A DNA stretch of 64,000 bases, taken from contig JAWBQF010000008.1 in the NCBI GenBank assembly GCA_038845975.1, positions 29,673-93,672 on the forward strand, in the 5' to 3' direction. A program made the position numbers and the translations under genes. Source of the DNA: Candidatus Methanomethylicia archaeon. Lineage in GTDB: Archaea > Thermoproteota > Methanomethylicia > CALHIW01. The notes below the pieces were generated by a model. The model was given only the letters and a program-made list of their open reading frames with translations, ran no database searches and was not told where the DNA came from. Position 1 is the stretch's first letter. Each line of letters starts with the position of its first letter. Shown piece after piece: positions 21,161 to 31,831 of this stretch.

Positions 21161-23635
21161 TTAAAGCCTCTGCTCCGTTCTTGCAATTATCTCGTCCTGA
21201 AGCCCCTTCGGCAAGTTTACGAAGTAGTCACTATATCCAGCAACTCTTACCATTAAATCCTGAAAGTCTTGGGGTCTTCTCTGAGCTTCTCTAAGTAGCT
21301 CAGCGCTTACCACGTTAAACTGGACATGATGACCACCCATTCTGAAGAAGGCTCTTATAAGGTAGGCGAGCTTCCTAATGCTTTCCTCATCAATAAATAG
21401 GTCAGGTGTTAGTTTCTGATTTAGTAATGCTCCTCCAGTTTTATCCCAATCACACTTCGTAACACTTCTAAAGACAGCAGCAATACCTCTCCTATCCATT
21501 CCCTGAACTGGTGATACACCTTCAGAAACTGGGAAGCTTGCTTTCCTACCATCAGGTGTTGCTCCAGTAACTCTTCCAAAATATACATGAACAGTTGTAG
21601 GTAAGAAGTAAACTCTTCTAGAAGCTTTCCTTAACGGTGATGGGGGATGGCTTTCAACAATATCAACTATAACATCAACTATTTTCTTAGCAATACTATC
21701 CACGTAATCATCATCGTTTCCATACTTTGGAGTTTTCTCAGGATTACGTAGAATCTCCCGCACTACCTCGTAGCCTTTAAAGTCTACTTTGATAGCTTCT
21801 AAAAGCTTACTCATAGTAAACGTTTTCCTGTCAAATACATGGTATCTAATCGCTGCTAAACTATCAGTTACTGTTCCTAACCCAACAATTTGAATATATT
21901 GAGTATTGTATTTAGCTCCTCCAGCATTATAATCTTTCCCCTTCTTTACACATTCCTCTATCCATAAAGAGAGGAAGGGGACAGGCATATATTTAGCATA
22001 TAGAGCTTCAACAATATCGTTTCCCCTCATCTTTATGTTCATGAAGTGTTTTACTTGCTTTATGAAGGCATCCCAAAGCTCATTAAAGCTATTGAATTCT
22101 TCAGGATTTCCTGTCTCTAGTCCTATCTTTAATCCTGTTTTAGGATCTACACCATTGTTTAGAGTTATCTCCAGTATCTTAGGTAGGTTAAAGTAGCCGG
22201 TTAATATGTATGCTTCCTTTCCGAAAGAGCCTGATTCAATACATCCACTTACCCCAGATGTTCTGGCGTCCTCGATAGTTTTCCCCTGTCTTAGCATTTT
22301 CACTACTATCCCGTCAAAGTTGAAGAAGGGAGGTTCACCGAAGCCTGGTGCAACAACCTTTAAAGCCTTTATTAGGAAGTGGTCAGGAGTCTTATTACTT
22401 ATTAGTACTGCAGTGTTTGGTTGGAGAGTTCTCATTTCATCAAGAACCTCAAGTATAAGGTAGGAAAGTTCATTAACACCATCAGATCCATCCTCCTTTA
22501 AGCCTCCTAGGTTAAGCTTTGAAAAGTCGTTGTATGTGCAGCTTTCCTCTGCTGTTACTCCTACTTTCGGTACTGCTGGCTGATTATTGAATTTAAGCCA
22601 GAATGCTTGAAGAAGCTCTTTAGCCTCCTCTCTTGTAAGCCTTCCTTCCTCAATATCCCTCTTATAGAATGGATAGAGATGCTGATCTATTCTTCCTGGA
22701 TTGAAGGAATCCCATGGATTTGATTCATACACTACCCCAACATGAATAAACCAGTAGTGCTGTAATGCCTCCCAGAAGGTTCTTGGAGCATGTGCTGGAA
22801 CCCACTCACATATCTCAGCCATTTTCTCCAGCTCCTCCCTTCTTTTAGGATCCATTTCCTTCTTAGACATTTCCCTTAACCTTTCTGAGTAGCGTTTAGC
22901 GTAGATTAAAATAGCATCAGCTGCAATATCCATAGCTTTAAGTTCCTCTATCTTATCATAGTATTCCGGATCGCTTGGATTAAGCCTCTTAACCACTTCC
23001 TTAATCTCCTCCTTTATATCTAAAATCCCCATTTTAAACATTCTTAACCCTCCTGCTGTATGTCCAGGAACTCTTTGCTCCATAAACTCTGTCCAAATAC
23101 CCGCTTCATAGCAATCCTTCCATTCCTTAGGTAAATTCTCAAATAGGATATCTCTCATAGCTCTTCCCTTCCAGAATGGGATTATTTCACTACTATAGGT
23201 CTTCTTTACCTCATCATCAACTCTATAAGGCATATTCTCCCTTGAGTTAAGAATATCTAAATCCTCCAAGCTATGTACACATATTTCAGGATAAGTAGGA
23301 ACCTCCTTAATACCAGTGCCTCTAAGCCCAACTATGAGCTGTCCATCCTCTATAGGTAGGCTAACACGCTCCATTAAATACTTGAAAGCTAATGCACGTT
23401 GAACAGGTATAGATTTCCCCTTCGGAATATCACTCTTATAGAATTCAGTTATAATTTTAGCTCTCTCCAAGGAGATTTTAACCTCTGCCTCGACACTCTC
23501 CCTTCTTAGCTTAGCGATTCTTCCACTTATAGGTTTAATAACAGATCTTCTCTTCTCCAACTCCTTACCAATTCTCTCTTGGGGAGAAGCTAAAGTAGCC
23601 GAGATGGAGCTTCTAGGAGATATTTCTAAACTCAT
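21161..23635 (-). CDS. hypD: Glycyl radical enzyme, trans-4-hydroxy-L-proline dehydratase-like
   Basis: RVAGYS glycyl loop, SGCIE Cys loop, and HypD-type motifs EFMEQR.PGH, WDSF, YNDF, LTGY, LPTT. Confidence 0.75.
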   Translation of the reverse strand: MSLEISPRSSISATLASPQERIGKELEKRRSVIKPISGRIAKLRRESVEAEVKISLERAKIITEFYKSDIPKGKSIPVQRALAFKYLMERVSLPIEDGQLIVGLRGTGIKEVPTYPEICVHSLEDLDILNSRENMPYRVDDEVKKTYSSEIIPFWKGRAMRDILFENLPKEWKDCYEAGIWTEFMEQRVPGHTAGGLRMFKMGILDIKEEIKEVVKRLNPSDPEYYDKIEELKAMDIAADAILIYAKRYSERLREMSKKEMDPKRREELEKMAEICEWVPAHAPRTFWEALQHYWFIHVGVVYESNPWDSFNPGRIDQHLYPFYKRDIEEGRLTREEAKELLQAFWLKFNNQPAVPKVGVTAEESCTYNDFSKLNLGGLKEDGSDGVNELSYLILEVLDEMRTLQPNTAVLISNKTPDHFLIKALKVVAPGFGEPPFFNFDGIVVKMLRQGKTIEDARTSGVSGCIESGSFGKEAYILTGYFNLPKILEITLNNGVDPKTGLKIGLETGNPEEFNSFNELWDAFIKQVKHFMNIKMRGNDIVEALYAKYMPVPFLSLWIEECVKKGKDYNAGGAKYNTQYIQIVGLGTVTDSLAAIRYHVFDRKTFTMSKLLEAIKVDFKGYEVVREILRNPEKTPKYGNDDDYVDSIAKKIVDVIVDIVESHPPSPLRKASRRVYFLPTTVHVYFGRVTGATPDGRKASFPVSEGVSPVQGMDRRGIAAVFRSVTKCDWDKTGGALLNQKLTPDLFIDEESIRKLAYLIRAFFRMGGHHVQFNVVSAELLREAQRRPQDFQDLMVRVAGYSDYFVNLPKGLQDEIIARTEQRL

Positions 23636-23933
23636 AATATCTTGAGTTAATACTATTATAGATACTATTAAACTTTTACCTCTAAATTAAAATGCTTTAT
23701 GAACTAACCTAAATAGTAAAAGTAATAATATTAGAAATTCTATTACTTAATTAAGTTTCTTTAAAAGCGTAATGGAGTTAAATAAAATGATCTATTCTTC
23801 TATCTACCTTATTTTGGTAGCTAATAACTACATGAGCAATGGAAATAGGGAAACTTAGCATTATAAAGCTCCTTAGTAGCAGTAGTTTAATCAATAAATT
23901 ATTTGAATGGTACTTGTATAGCTTGGTTTAGTA

Positions 23934-24001
23934 TTGTTTGAGGGGAGTTCCTATCAAACAAGAAGTATCTAAACATGTTTGCGATAAGCCCCCTCAAACA
24001 A
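23934..24001. repeat. Intergenic inverted repeat / long hairpin
   Basis: TTGTTTGAGGGG (23934-23945) pairs with CCCCTCAAACAA (23990-24001); inner TATC/GATA and AAACA/TGTTT can also pair. Confidence 0.6.
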
Positions 24002-24519
24002 GCCTCAATAGCTAAAATTACAGCAAGCTCAGATTTAATGATTAAACCCTATACCTAGCTTACTTTTTAGTACTATATGATTAACTTAAAGAAGTTGTTG
24101 TAAAACTCTACTACTTAGGTTTACTGGTTAAATTCTAATGTCAAAATAGTATTGTAGGAAGTTGCTAATATGCTTAAGCTCATATCTGAAGTTTTACAAT
24201 AAGTTCAAAATAGAGATTTTATATTTCACTATAGTGCTCTAAATAATACATTAGACTTAATAAAACAATTTAGTAATAAGATAAGTATAGAAGTATTATG
24301 ATGATTAGCTTTATGAAGCTGTTAGCTTCATAGACTTAATCCATCACATGTACTCTCTATATTTGACTCCTTCAACTTCTCTTATACTCAAATGCTGAAG
24401 TAATGAGGGTTTAAGGAATTAGATACTCTAATTTATAAAGCTTAAGTAGTTTAGGTAAAAGTTTATAAGAAGGCCTTATACTATTTACGGAGTTTATAAT
24501 GGGATAGTAATTAGAGATC

Positions 24520-25353
24520 ATGTCTACCAAGTTTGTTTCTCTCTCTAAAGAGGAGTTTGCTGAGGAGGCTATGAATATTATTGAGAAAGCTAAGAGTAGA
24601 GGTATAGTATTAAGAATACTTGGTGCTCTTGCAGTCTACATTCATTCAAAACATGAGAGAAATGCTTTAGAAATATATAGTAGGATAGGTAGATTTGGTG
24701 TAGATAACCCTACTTTTACAGATCTAGATTTAATAGCATATGGGAAACAGAGAGGAGAAATTGTGAAGCTTTTTGAGAAGGAGCTTAAGTTCAACTATAA
24801 CGCATTGGTGAAGGCATTGTTTATGAATAAGAGACTAATATATTTCCATCCTAAGAATCAATATCAAGTAGATATATTCTTCGATAAGCTTGAATTCAGT
24901 CATGATGTAGTATTCGGTGATAAACCTGGTAAGGGTAGGTTAGACCTTGATTACCCAACAATTACCCTAACAGATTTAGTTCTTGAAAAAATACAGATCC
25001 ATCAAATCAATTTAAAAGATATAGTTGACTTAATAATTACATTTTACGGGCATGACGTAAACTATAAAGATGACCAAGAATACATAAATGGTAAATACAT
25101 AGCTAAAATACTATCTGATGACTGGGGGTTCTGGTATGATGCAATAACAAACCTAAATAAAGTTAAACTCTTCGTGGAAAAATTTCATAATGAAAATAAG
25201 CTAACAAAAGAGGAGAAGGAACTAGTAAATAGTAGGATAGATAAATTGATAAAGATAATTGATGAAGAACCTAAATCCGGAAAATGGAGAAAAAGAGCTG
25301 AAATAGGAACTTCAAAACCATGGTATCGTGAAGTAGAAGAAGTTACTAAATAA
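24520..25353 (+). CDS. Uncharacterised protein with probable nucleotidyltransferase (pol-beta-like) fold
   Basis: LRILGALAV ... TDLDLI ... QVDIFF ... LEKIQI..INLKDIVD, resembling the hG..A / DxD / D and K..KD.xD NTase pattern. Confidence 0.55.
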   Translation: MSTKFVSLSKEEFAEEAMNIIEKAKSRGIVLRILGALAVYIHSKHERNALEIYSRIGRFGVDNPTFTDLDLIAYGKQRGEIVKLFEKELKFNYNALVKALFMNKRLIYFHPKNQYQVDIFFDKLEFSHDVVFGDKPGKGRLDLDYPTITLTDLVLEKIQIHQINLKDIVDLIITFYGHDVNYKDDQEYINGKYIAKILSDDWGFWYDAITNLNKVKLFVEKFHNENKLTKEEKELVNSRIDKLIKIIDEEPKSGKWRKRAEIGTSKPWYREVEEVTK

Positions 25354-25666
25354 CTGTAATATTTTACTTTGGGAATCAAATTAATTAAGACTAAACATCA
25401 TCATGTAAACTCTTACAATATGAAGAAGACAGAAGAAGGTTAAATTGTGATATTATAGTCTACTTAAGCTATTTAAATCTCATAATTTTATGAAATTACA
25501 TAAACTTTCAGTAATAATTTACAGAACCCTCTACTATATTTATTCTAAGTACTGGTATTTTTAATATTTATTTTAAAAACATCGATAGTTTATGAATTAC
25601 ATAGCTAGAATTGTTTATTAAGATATTTTTCATTACTGGAGCCTCTATTTTAAAGTAAAAATATAT

Positions 25667-27265
25667 ATGTATGCTAGAGGAGTTAATATGGGTGTATTTA
25701 TGGAGGAAGTAGTGTTTGCGAGGAGGGCTTCTGGACTTGTTAGAGAATTAGGGTTTCAAGATGCTTTCATATGGGCTATAGCAACACCTGCAGCTTCAGG
25801 TATAACTTTCTACTCTGTTAGAATGGCTTTTACATATCCGGGATCTAATGCTGCGTTATCCTTCCTTATAGCTTCACTAATTATACTTCCAATAACTATT
25901 ACGCTAGGTATAATGTCTGCTACAATGCCTAGATCTGGCGGAATGTATGTACAGGTAAGTAGGGTTTTAGGACCTACAATAGGTGTTTATGCTGCATGGG
26001 CTATGGTTATAGGGTGGGGTATTGCTATAGGCCTTCTAGGCTATATTGTAACGGGTATTTTAGGGTCTGCCTTAATCATGGCTGGGCATGCTGGTGGAGG
26101 AGCTGGATTTATAAGTGTAGGTAGCGCTATGGCTACACAGCTTTGGCAAACTATTGGAGGAATAGTATTTACATTATTCTTCTGGATTGTAAGTCTATAT
26201 GGACTAAGATATGTTAAGTGGATTGAGAGAATCCTCTTCTACCTTCCACTTGCAGCTACAATACTTGCAATACTATTATTTATAGGAATTGGTCCTGGAG
26301 GTGTTTCAAAAATGTTTGATAGTATGTGGGGTGAGGGAACATACATGAAGATACTTAGTGCAGCGAGAGATAAGGGATGGGGATTTCCAGGATTTTCATG
26401 GAGTGCTACTATAGCTTCACTTATCGTTCCATTCTGGGCTTGGACAGGCTTTGAATCAGTAACCTTTGCTAGTGGGGAGGTTAGGGATCCTAAGAGAAGT
26501 CTAGTTTACGGCTTTATTGGGGGATATATAGGATGTATGATTCTCTATACTGTTGTAGCCTGGTCCGTATACTATCCCTACCAGGAGTTTATAGGTGCTT
26601 ATGTTTTCCTAGCTAATAAACATCCTGATGTATTAGCTGGAATAATGCCTGCAGCAATAACTCCCTCAGTACCCTTCTTTGCAGCTTCTCTAAGCGGTAA
26701 CCTAATATTAGGAGCAATAATTGCAGTACTTATAGCTTTATGGTATGCAAACAGTATACCTCCAGTATTTGTAAGTACGTCAAGAACCCTATTTGCACTT
26801 GCTTTTGATAGAGCATTCCCCTTAAAGCTAAGTGAAGTTAATGAGAGAGGATGCCCAACATGGGCCTCCCATGTAACAATGATTTGGGGAATTGTAGGAG
26901 TATTTGTTGCTGCTTTTTCAGTTGATGTTATACTTGGAATATTAGACTTTACAATGCTGAACTTCTTCTGGCTTATGGGCTTATCAGCATTACTACTACC
27001 ATTTATTAGACCAGAAATCTATAAGATGTGTCCAGTACAGAAGAAGATAGCTGGAATACCTCTACTCTCAATACTTGGCTTAATATCATTTGCTTTAGGA
27101 TTCTGGATAGTTTGTTTCTCAATACTTGAGTTTACATATAGTGTAGCTGTAGTTATGGCTGTTTTCCTAGCTGTTGGATTCATAGTACATGTATGGCAAT
27201 ACTCCAGAAATGTTAGGGAGGGTATTGATGTTTCAAAGATATATACAGTTCTACCGCCAACCTAG
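25667..27265 (+). CDS. APC-superfamily amino acid/amine permease
   Basis: VFARRASGLVRE, MPRSGGMY, GEVRDP, SRTLFALAFDR; about 12-14 TM segments. Confidence 0.9.
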   Translation: MYARGVNMGVFMEEVVFARRASGLVRELGFQDAFIWAIATPAASGITFYSVRMAFTYPGSNAALSFLIASLIILPITITLGIMSATMPRSGGMYVQVSRVLGPTIGVYAAWAMVIGWGIAIGLLGYIVTGILGSALIMAGHAGGGAGFISVGSAMATQLWQTIGGIVFTLFFWIVSLYGLRYVKWIERILFYLPLAATILAILLFIGIGPGGVSKMFDSMWGEGTYMKILSAARDKGWGFPGFSWSATIASLIVPFWAWTGFESVTFASGEVRDPKRSLVYGFIGGYIGCMILYTVVAWSVYYPYQEFIGAYVFLANKHPDVLAGIMPAAITPSVPFFAASLSGNLILGAIIAVLIALWYANSIPPVFVSTSRTLFALAFDRAFPLKLSEVNERGCPTWASHVTMIWGIVGVFVAAFSVDVILGILDFTMLNFFWLMGLSALLLPFIRPEIYKMCPVQKKIAGIPLLSILGLISFALGFWIVCFSILEFTYSVAVVMAVFLAVGFIVHVWQYSRNVREGIDVSKIYTVLPPT

Positions 27266-28209
27266 CCCTCAACTCTCCAAAAACTTTTAATACTATTTTT
27301 ATCTATTTCAACTATATAGGCTTTAAGTATTGCTGATTCATACTCTGAGCCTGGATTTAAAACAGGTACCTTATCCACATAGTCAACACCTCCAGACTCA
27401 TGAATATGTCCATGTAGACCGATAAGAGGCTTATATTTCTTAATAGCCTCCAGAATCGACTTACTTCCTACATGCTTATATCTTACGCCTCCACCTACAA
27501 CTATAGGTTTAAGGTTTTTATCAAGTTCAGGAGCTAAATCAAGCTTAGTACCATACGGTGGTGAATGAAAGTTAAAAATAGACTTATAGGGGTCTTTAAG
27601 CCGTTTAATAAGCTTCTCTATACTTCCCTTAAGTTTACCTTCATCAGCTTCCCTAGGAGTACACCATGGAGTTGGATTTACATAATCTAGGCTTATCATC
27701 TCAATACCTCCAACCTCAACAACATCATTTAGAGGATATATTATACCTTTATCTTCATACTCCTTGATAACTTCATCAACTTCAAGTATATCATCATTTC
27801 CAGGCATAACAACGACTTGTACTCTTCTAGTATCTATTCTACTAGTTAGAAAATTAAGCCAACTCCTCATTCTCTCCAATATCTTTTCATTCATAATTCT
27901 AAGCATATCCTCATAATTATTCTTTAACGTTTCAACCTCCTCAGAAGATAACGTAATAGTATAAACTCCTCTCTCCTCAAGCTCCCTAGATACCTTCTCA
28001 ATATCTTCCTCACTAAACCTACGCTTTAAACCCCTGTATGAAACACTATATGAGCCGTCAGAACCCCTCACTATTGGAACCATTAACTTACCTGTTAGAT
28101 CACCGCAAAACATTAAAACATCAGCTTTATAAATCTCCATGGCTGATATCCATTTTCTCCATAATGCAGTATTTCCATGAACATCAACTGAAAAGAAAAT
28201 TCTAACCAT
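27262..28209 (-). CDS. Calcineurin-like metallophosphoesterase
   Basis: DVHG, GDLTGK, PGNDD, FHSPP, GLHGHIHE, NPGS. Confidence 0.9.
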   Translation of the reverse strand: MVRIFFSVDVHGNTALWRKWISAMEIYKADVLMFCGDLTGKLMVPIVRGSDGSYSVSYRGLKRRFSEEDIEKVSRELEERGVYTITLSSEEVETLKNNYEDMLRIMNEKILERMRSWLNFLTSRIDTRRVQVVVMPGNDDILEVDEVIKEYEDKGIIYPLNDVVEVGGIEMISLDYVNPTPWCTPREADEGKLKGSIEKLIKRLKDPYKSIFNFHSPPYGTKLDLAPELDKNLKPIVVGGGVRYKHVGSKSILEAIKKYKPLIGLHGHIHESGGVDYVDKVPVLNPGSEYESAILKAYIVEIDKNSIKSFWRVEG

Positions 28210-28590
28210 GAAGACAAAACCATATACAACATAATAAATTTTTCGGAGACATAGCTTAAAGTAGAAAGACTTTTAACAATCTAAATCAAACTGAAGAAAT
28301 CTCCATCGAACCCTATTAATTTCATATTGCCTTTATAGTTCTTCCTCTAATTGTTCTTACAAAGCTCCCTTTAATATTTTCCTCTATCTTAATCATGCTG
28401 CTTTTCTTACTGCAATATATTTAAGCTTTCTTACCACATATTCAAATAATTTATTTAATCCATAAATGAGTCTACATCATAAATCTTCAGTTAGAAGCAG
28501 ATTGGTTAATATAAATTACCTGGAACAACAGGAATAGGGAAATTTTGGATAGGCTAAATTTACAATGTGATCTAAACCAGAAAGATATAT

Positions 28591-29484
28591 ATGGTAGCTC
28601 TAATAATAATTATTGCCATGTATGCTTCATACAGCCTATTAGGTCAGAACCTAATTGTTAATAGCATAGTGAAAATGTTCAGCGATATTATTGCTGCATT
28701 ACCATCTATCATTGCAGCTATAATTATTGTTGCTATAGGGTATGTTGCAGGAACTGGTATTGGAAAAGCTGTAAATTACCTTATTGAGAAGACAGGTATT
28801 GAAAAAAGCTTCGATCAAACAGAGACTGGAAAAGCTTTTAGAAAGGCAGGATTAGACCTCTCATCATTTATAGGGGGTTTAATTAAGGCATTTATCATCA
28901 TCATATCGATAATGATTGCGCTTCAAGTACTTAACATTAGTGGAGTTATTGGAGACTTCCTTATGAGAGTAGCTAGCTACTTACCTAGACTTCTAGGAGG
29001 AATAATTGTAATTGTTTTCGGTATAGCTTTAGTTGAGTTCCTAACATCCCTAATAAGTAGGGTTTTAAAACCAATATTTCCAGAGCAGAAATCAGAAGTT
29101 GTTGATATGCTGAGAAATCTTCTACTAATAGGTCTTATTGCTGTGGTCTTGTATATAGCTTTAGATTTAATGCAACTAGCTGGGCAAATGGTTTACCCAT
29201 TAATATTGGGATTTGTAATTATTGGGGCAGGAATAGCATTAACAGATGGCTTAATAAAATCTATAACTGATGAACATAAGGAATTCATACCAGTAGCTGG
29301 ATACGCTAAATTCATACTCTACAGCATATTCCTAGTGGTAGGAGTAGCAGCAATATTTTCCACATTTTCAGGAGTAACTCAAACTATAGCTAATATTTCA
29401 TGGGCCTTTGCAATAGCACTAGCAATAATGCTTATACCAGTAGTATACAATCTCTCAAGGAAAATACTAAAGGAAACAACATAA
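28591..29484 (+). CDS. Membrane protein with MscS/CmpX-type TM-helix repeats
   Basis: Repeated LP.(II/LL)(AA/GG)II units followed by TM helices. Confidence 0.65.
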   Translation: MVALIIIIAMYASYSLLGQNLIVNSIVKMFSDIIAALPSIIAAIIIVAIGYVAGTGIGKAVNYLIEKTGIEKSFDQTETGKAFRKAGLDLSSFIGGLIKAFIIIISIMIALQVLNISGVIGDFLMRVASYLPRLLGGIIVIVFGIALVEFLTSLISRVLKPIFPEQKSEVVDMLRNLLLIGLIAVVLYIALDLMQLAGQMVYPLILGFVIIGAGIALTDGLIKSITDEHKEFIPVAGYAKFILYSIFLVVGVAAIFSTFSGVTQTIANISWAFAIALAIMLIPVVYNLSRKILKETT

Positions 29485-29973
29485 ACCTTTTTTTAATCAT
29501 AGTTTAATTTTCCAAAATTAGAAATTACATATTAACCATTAAATTAGGGAATCTACTTAAACTTGGCTAAATCCAAAACTGAAATCGTTCTTTATGAATT
29601 AATTATTGTCGTATTTCCTCTTTCGATTTTAATATTTCGTTAACTTCTTTTATCCATGTTGTAGGTTTACTACTATAATTGTTAGCTCTTTGATTATGTT
29701 AGTAATTCTTTAATAATGGAGTACTTGTTTAAACATTGAAAACTATTTCAACACCAGCACTTACCATAATATTAGAAGATCATAATCTGATAAAGCTGAA
29801 ACTTAAGTCATAAACACAAAATTAAGTATTCTATTAAGTATTCTAAGGATATACTAATAAATAATAGGAAATGTTAAAGCTATAAATCCTTGTAAACTTA
29901 AGCTATTAACTCTACATTATCATCTTATGAATCATAAAGAAAAGTTTAAATATGGAATATTCAAAAATATCTA

Positions 29974-30030
29974 GGGCTGGGAATGCTGAGTAGTGATGAT
30001 CACTGGGTGCTGTGAGCACTGCGATGATAT
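29974..30030 (+). ncRNA. Candidate C/D-box-like (K-turn) small RNA or structured leader
   Basis: GC-rich island after TTTAAATA (29945-29952): CTGA 29986, GTGATGA 29993, GTGA 30012, GCGATGA 30021. Confidence 0.35.
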
Positions 30031-30050
30031 GTCAATTTTATGGTTAATTT

Positions 30051-30278
30051 ATGTTGATAAGGGAATATAGATTAGTTTTAAGGGGATATCAAGTTCTTAT
30101 AGGTTTATTCTTAGTTTTATCATTTATAGGTTTAATAGTATTCCATATTGTTTTTTCAGGTGATACTCTTATACTAATACTTAGTATTATCTCTCTAATT
30201 CTTGGTTTACTTCTAATCTTCTTAGCTAGAAAGGATATAATTGTTGCCCCGCCAGTTTTAAGGTTTAAGAGAAATTAG
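30051..30278 (+). CDS. Small two-TM membrane protein
   Basis: 75 aa with two hydrophobic helices; ends convergent with the radical SAM gene. Confidence 0.5.
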   Translation: MLIREYRLVLRGYQVLIGLFLVLSFIGLIVFHIVFSGDTLILILSIISLILGLLLIFLARKDIIVAPPVLRFKRN

Positions 30279-31690
30279 AGAGTACTTTTTAGAATTTGAA
30301 GATGTCTAGGTTTTAGTATTCTCATAACCATTTCAGTAATTAGTTTAAATCTTCTACTCTCCATTTCCTTGAAGAGGCGATTAGGGCTAAAGTAGAATAG
30401 AATATATGCTTGAACTAATAGTTTTGATACTTGTTCTCTAGTAAAGCTATAACCTCTAATTACAGGTATTAATGTAGTGTAGTGACTCCAATTCTTATCC
30501 TCAATTAAATTATCTTTTAATGCAAGCATATAGAGTGGAGTTCCAGGATAGGGTGTAGCAACTGTAAACTGAGCATATGATGGATTTAGCTTTGAGGCGA
30601 AAGCTATTGTTCTCCTCATGTCCTCAATTGTTTCCCACGGTAATCCTAGAATAAATGATCCAGCTGATTCACCCTTAACCTCTCTAACTAGTTTGAATGC
30701 ATTAATTATTTGTTGAACTGTTATCTTCTTACCTATTTGATCTAGAGTTTTCTGATTTGCTGATTCAACACCAAAGTATATTATGCTACATCCTTGACTA
30801 TACATTCTACTAATAAGCTCCCGGTCTACATGATCTACTCTTGAGCCACATGTAAAACATATATCAAGCCTCCTCTCTTTAAGACCATTAAGAAAGTCTA
30901 TCATCCACTTCCTAATAATTGTAAGTTCATCATCAACAAAAACTATGTTTTTCACCCTATATCTATATACAACATCCTCAATTTCATCTAAAACACTATT
31001 AACACTTCTAATTCTATAGAGTCTACCCATGAAGTATGATGTGGAGCAGTATATACAGCCATATGGACAGCCTCTACTAGCAATCACATGTACAACTCTT
31101 ACAGGCTTATCGAATACTGTGTATCTATCCATTGGTAAAAGATGTCGTGCTGGTGGAGGTAAAGAATCTAAATTAGCTATTAGTCTCCTATAGCCAGTAA
31201 AGTAGATTTTACCATTATCTCTAAATGCTATACCCTTAACGGATTTTAAAAGGTTAGGGTTTAAACCATGCTTTCCAATCACATTTAGTAGCTCAAGAAA
31301 GGTATATTCACCCTCCCCGATTACAGTAATATCTATATTTACTGATTCACTTAAAACTTCTTTATACATAAATGTTACATGAGGCCCACCGACAACAATA
31401 GGAACTTCCTTATCAATTGCTTTTATATACTTAGCAATTTCATAAGCATTATAAATCGTAGGTGTTAAAGCAGTTAAACCAACAATATCCGGTTTAAACA
31501 TCTTAATCTCTAAAATAACCCTTCTAAGATCAAAATCTAGGGTAGGTGAATCAATAATTTTAACCTTGTAACCATTATGTTCAAGAATAGAGGCTATATA
31601 AGCTAATCCAAGAGGAGGAGCTCTAACACCAATACTTTGACATATTTCAAGTCTCTCCAGCCCAGGTGGAGCTAGAAGTAAAACCTTCAC
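30275..31690 (-). CDS. Cobalamin-binding (class B) radical SAM protein
   Basis: PPLGLAYIA, VGGPHVT, GEGE, SRGCPYGCIYC, TPYPGT. Confidence 0.92.
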   Translation of the reverse strand: MKVLLLAPPGLERLEICQSIGVRAPPLGLAYIASILEHNGYKVKIIDSPTLDFDLRRVILEIKMFKPDIVGLTALTPTIYNAYEIAKYIKAIDKEVPIVVGGPHVTFMYKEVLSESVNIDITVIGEGEYTFLELLNVIGKHGLNPNLLKSVKGIAFRDNGKIYFTGYRRLIANLDSLPPPARHLLPMDRYTVFDKPVRVVHVIASRGCPYGCIYCSTSYFMGRLYRIRSVNSVLDEIEDVVYRYRVKNIVFVDDELTIIRKWMIDFLNGLKERRLDICFTCGSRVDHVDRELISRMYSQGCSIIYFGVESANQKTLDQIGKKITVQQIINAFKLVREVKGESAGSFILGLPWETIEDMRRTIAFASKLNPSYAQFTVATPYPGTPLYMLALKDNLIEDKNWSHYTTLIPVIRGYSFTREQVSKLLVQAYILFYFSPNRLFKEMESRRFKLITEMVMRILKPRHLQILKSTL

Positions 31691-31831
31691 TATTAGATAT
31701 TAAGTATAGCTGAATATAAACTTTACGAATTTGCAGGTTTGTGAGCTTTAGATGGATAAGATTTAATGGTTAAGTTCACAATATGATAACCTAAGTAGAA
31801 ATCTTTTTAAACACCCAATACATTTAAACTT

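Noticed and set aside
21161-23635. Pyruvate formate-lyase
   Set aside because: Single-Cys SGCIE loop rather than the adjacent Cys-Cys of PFL; motifs fit dehydratase-type GREs.
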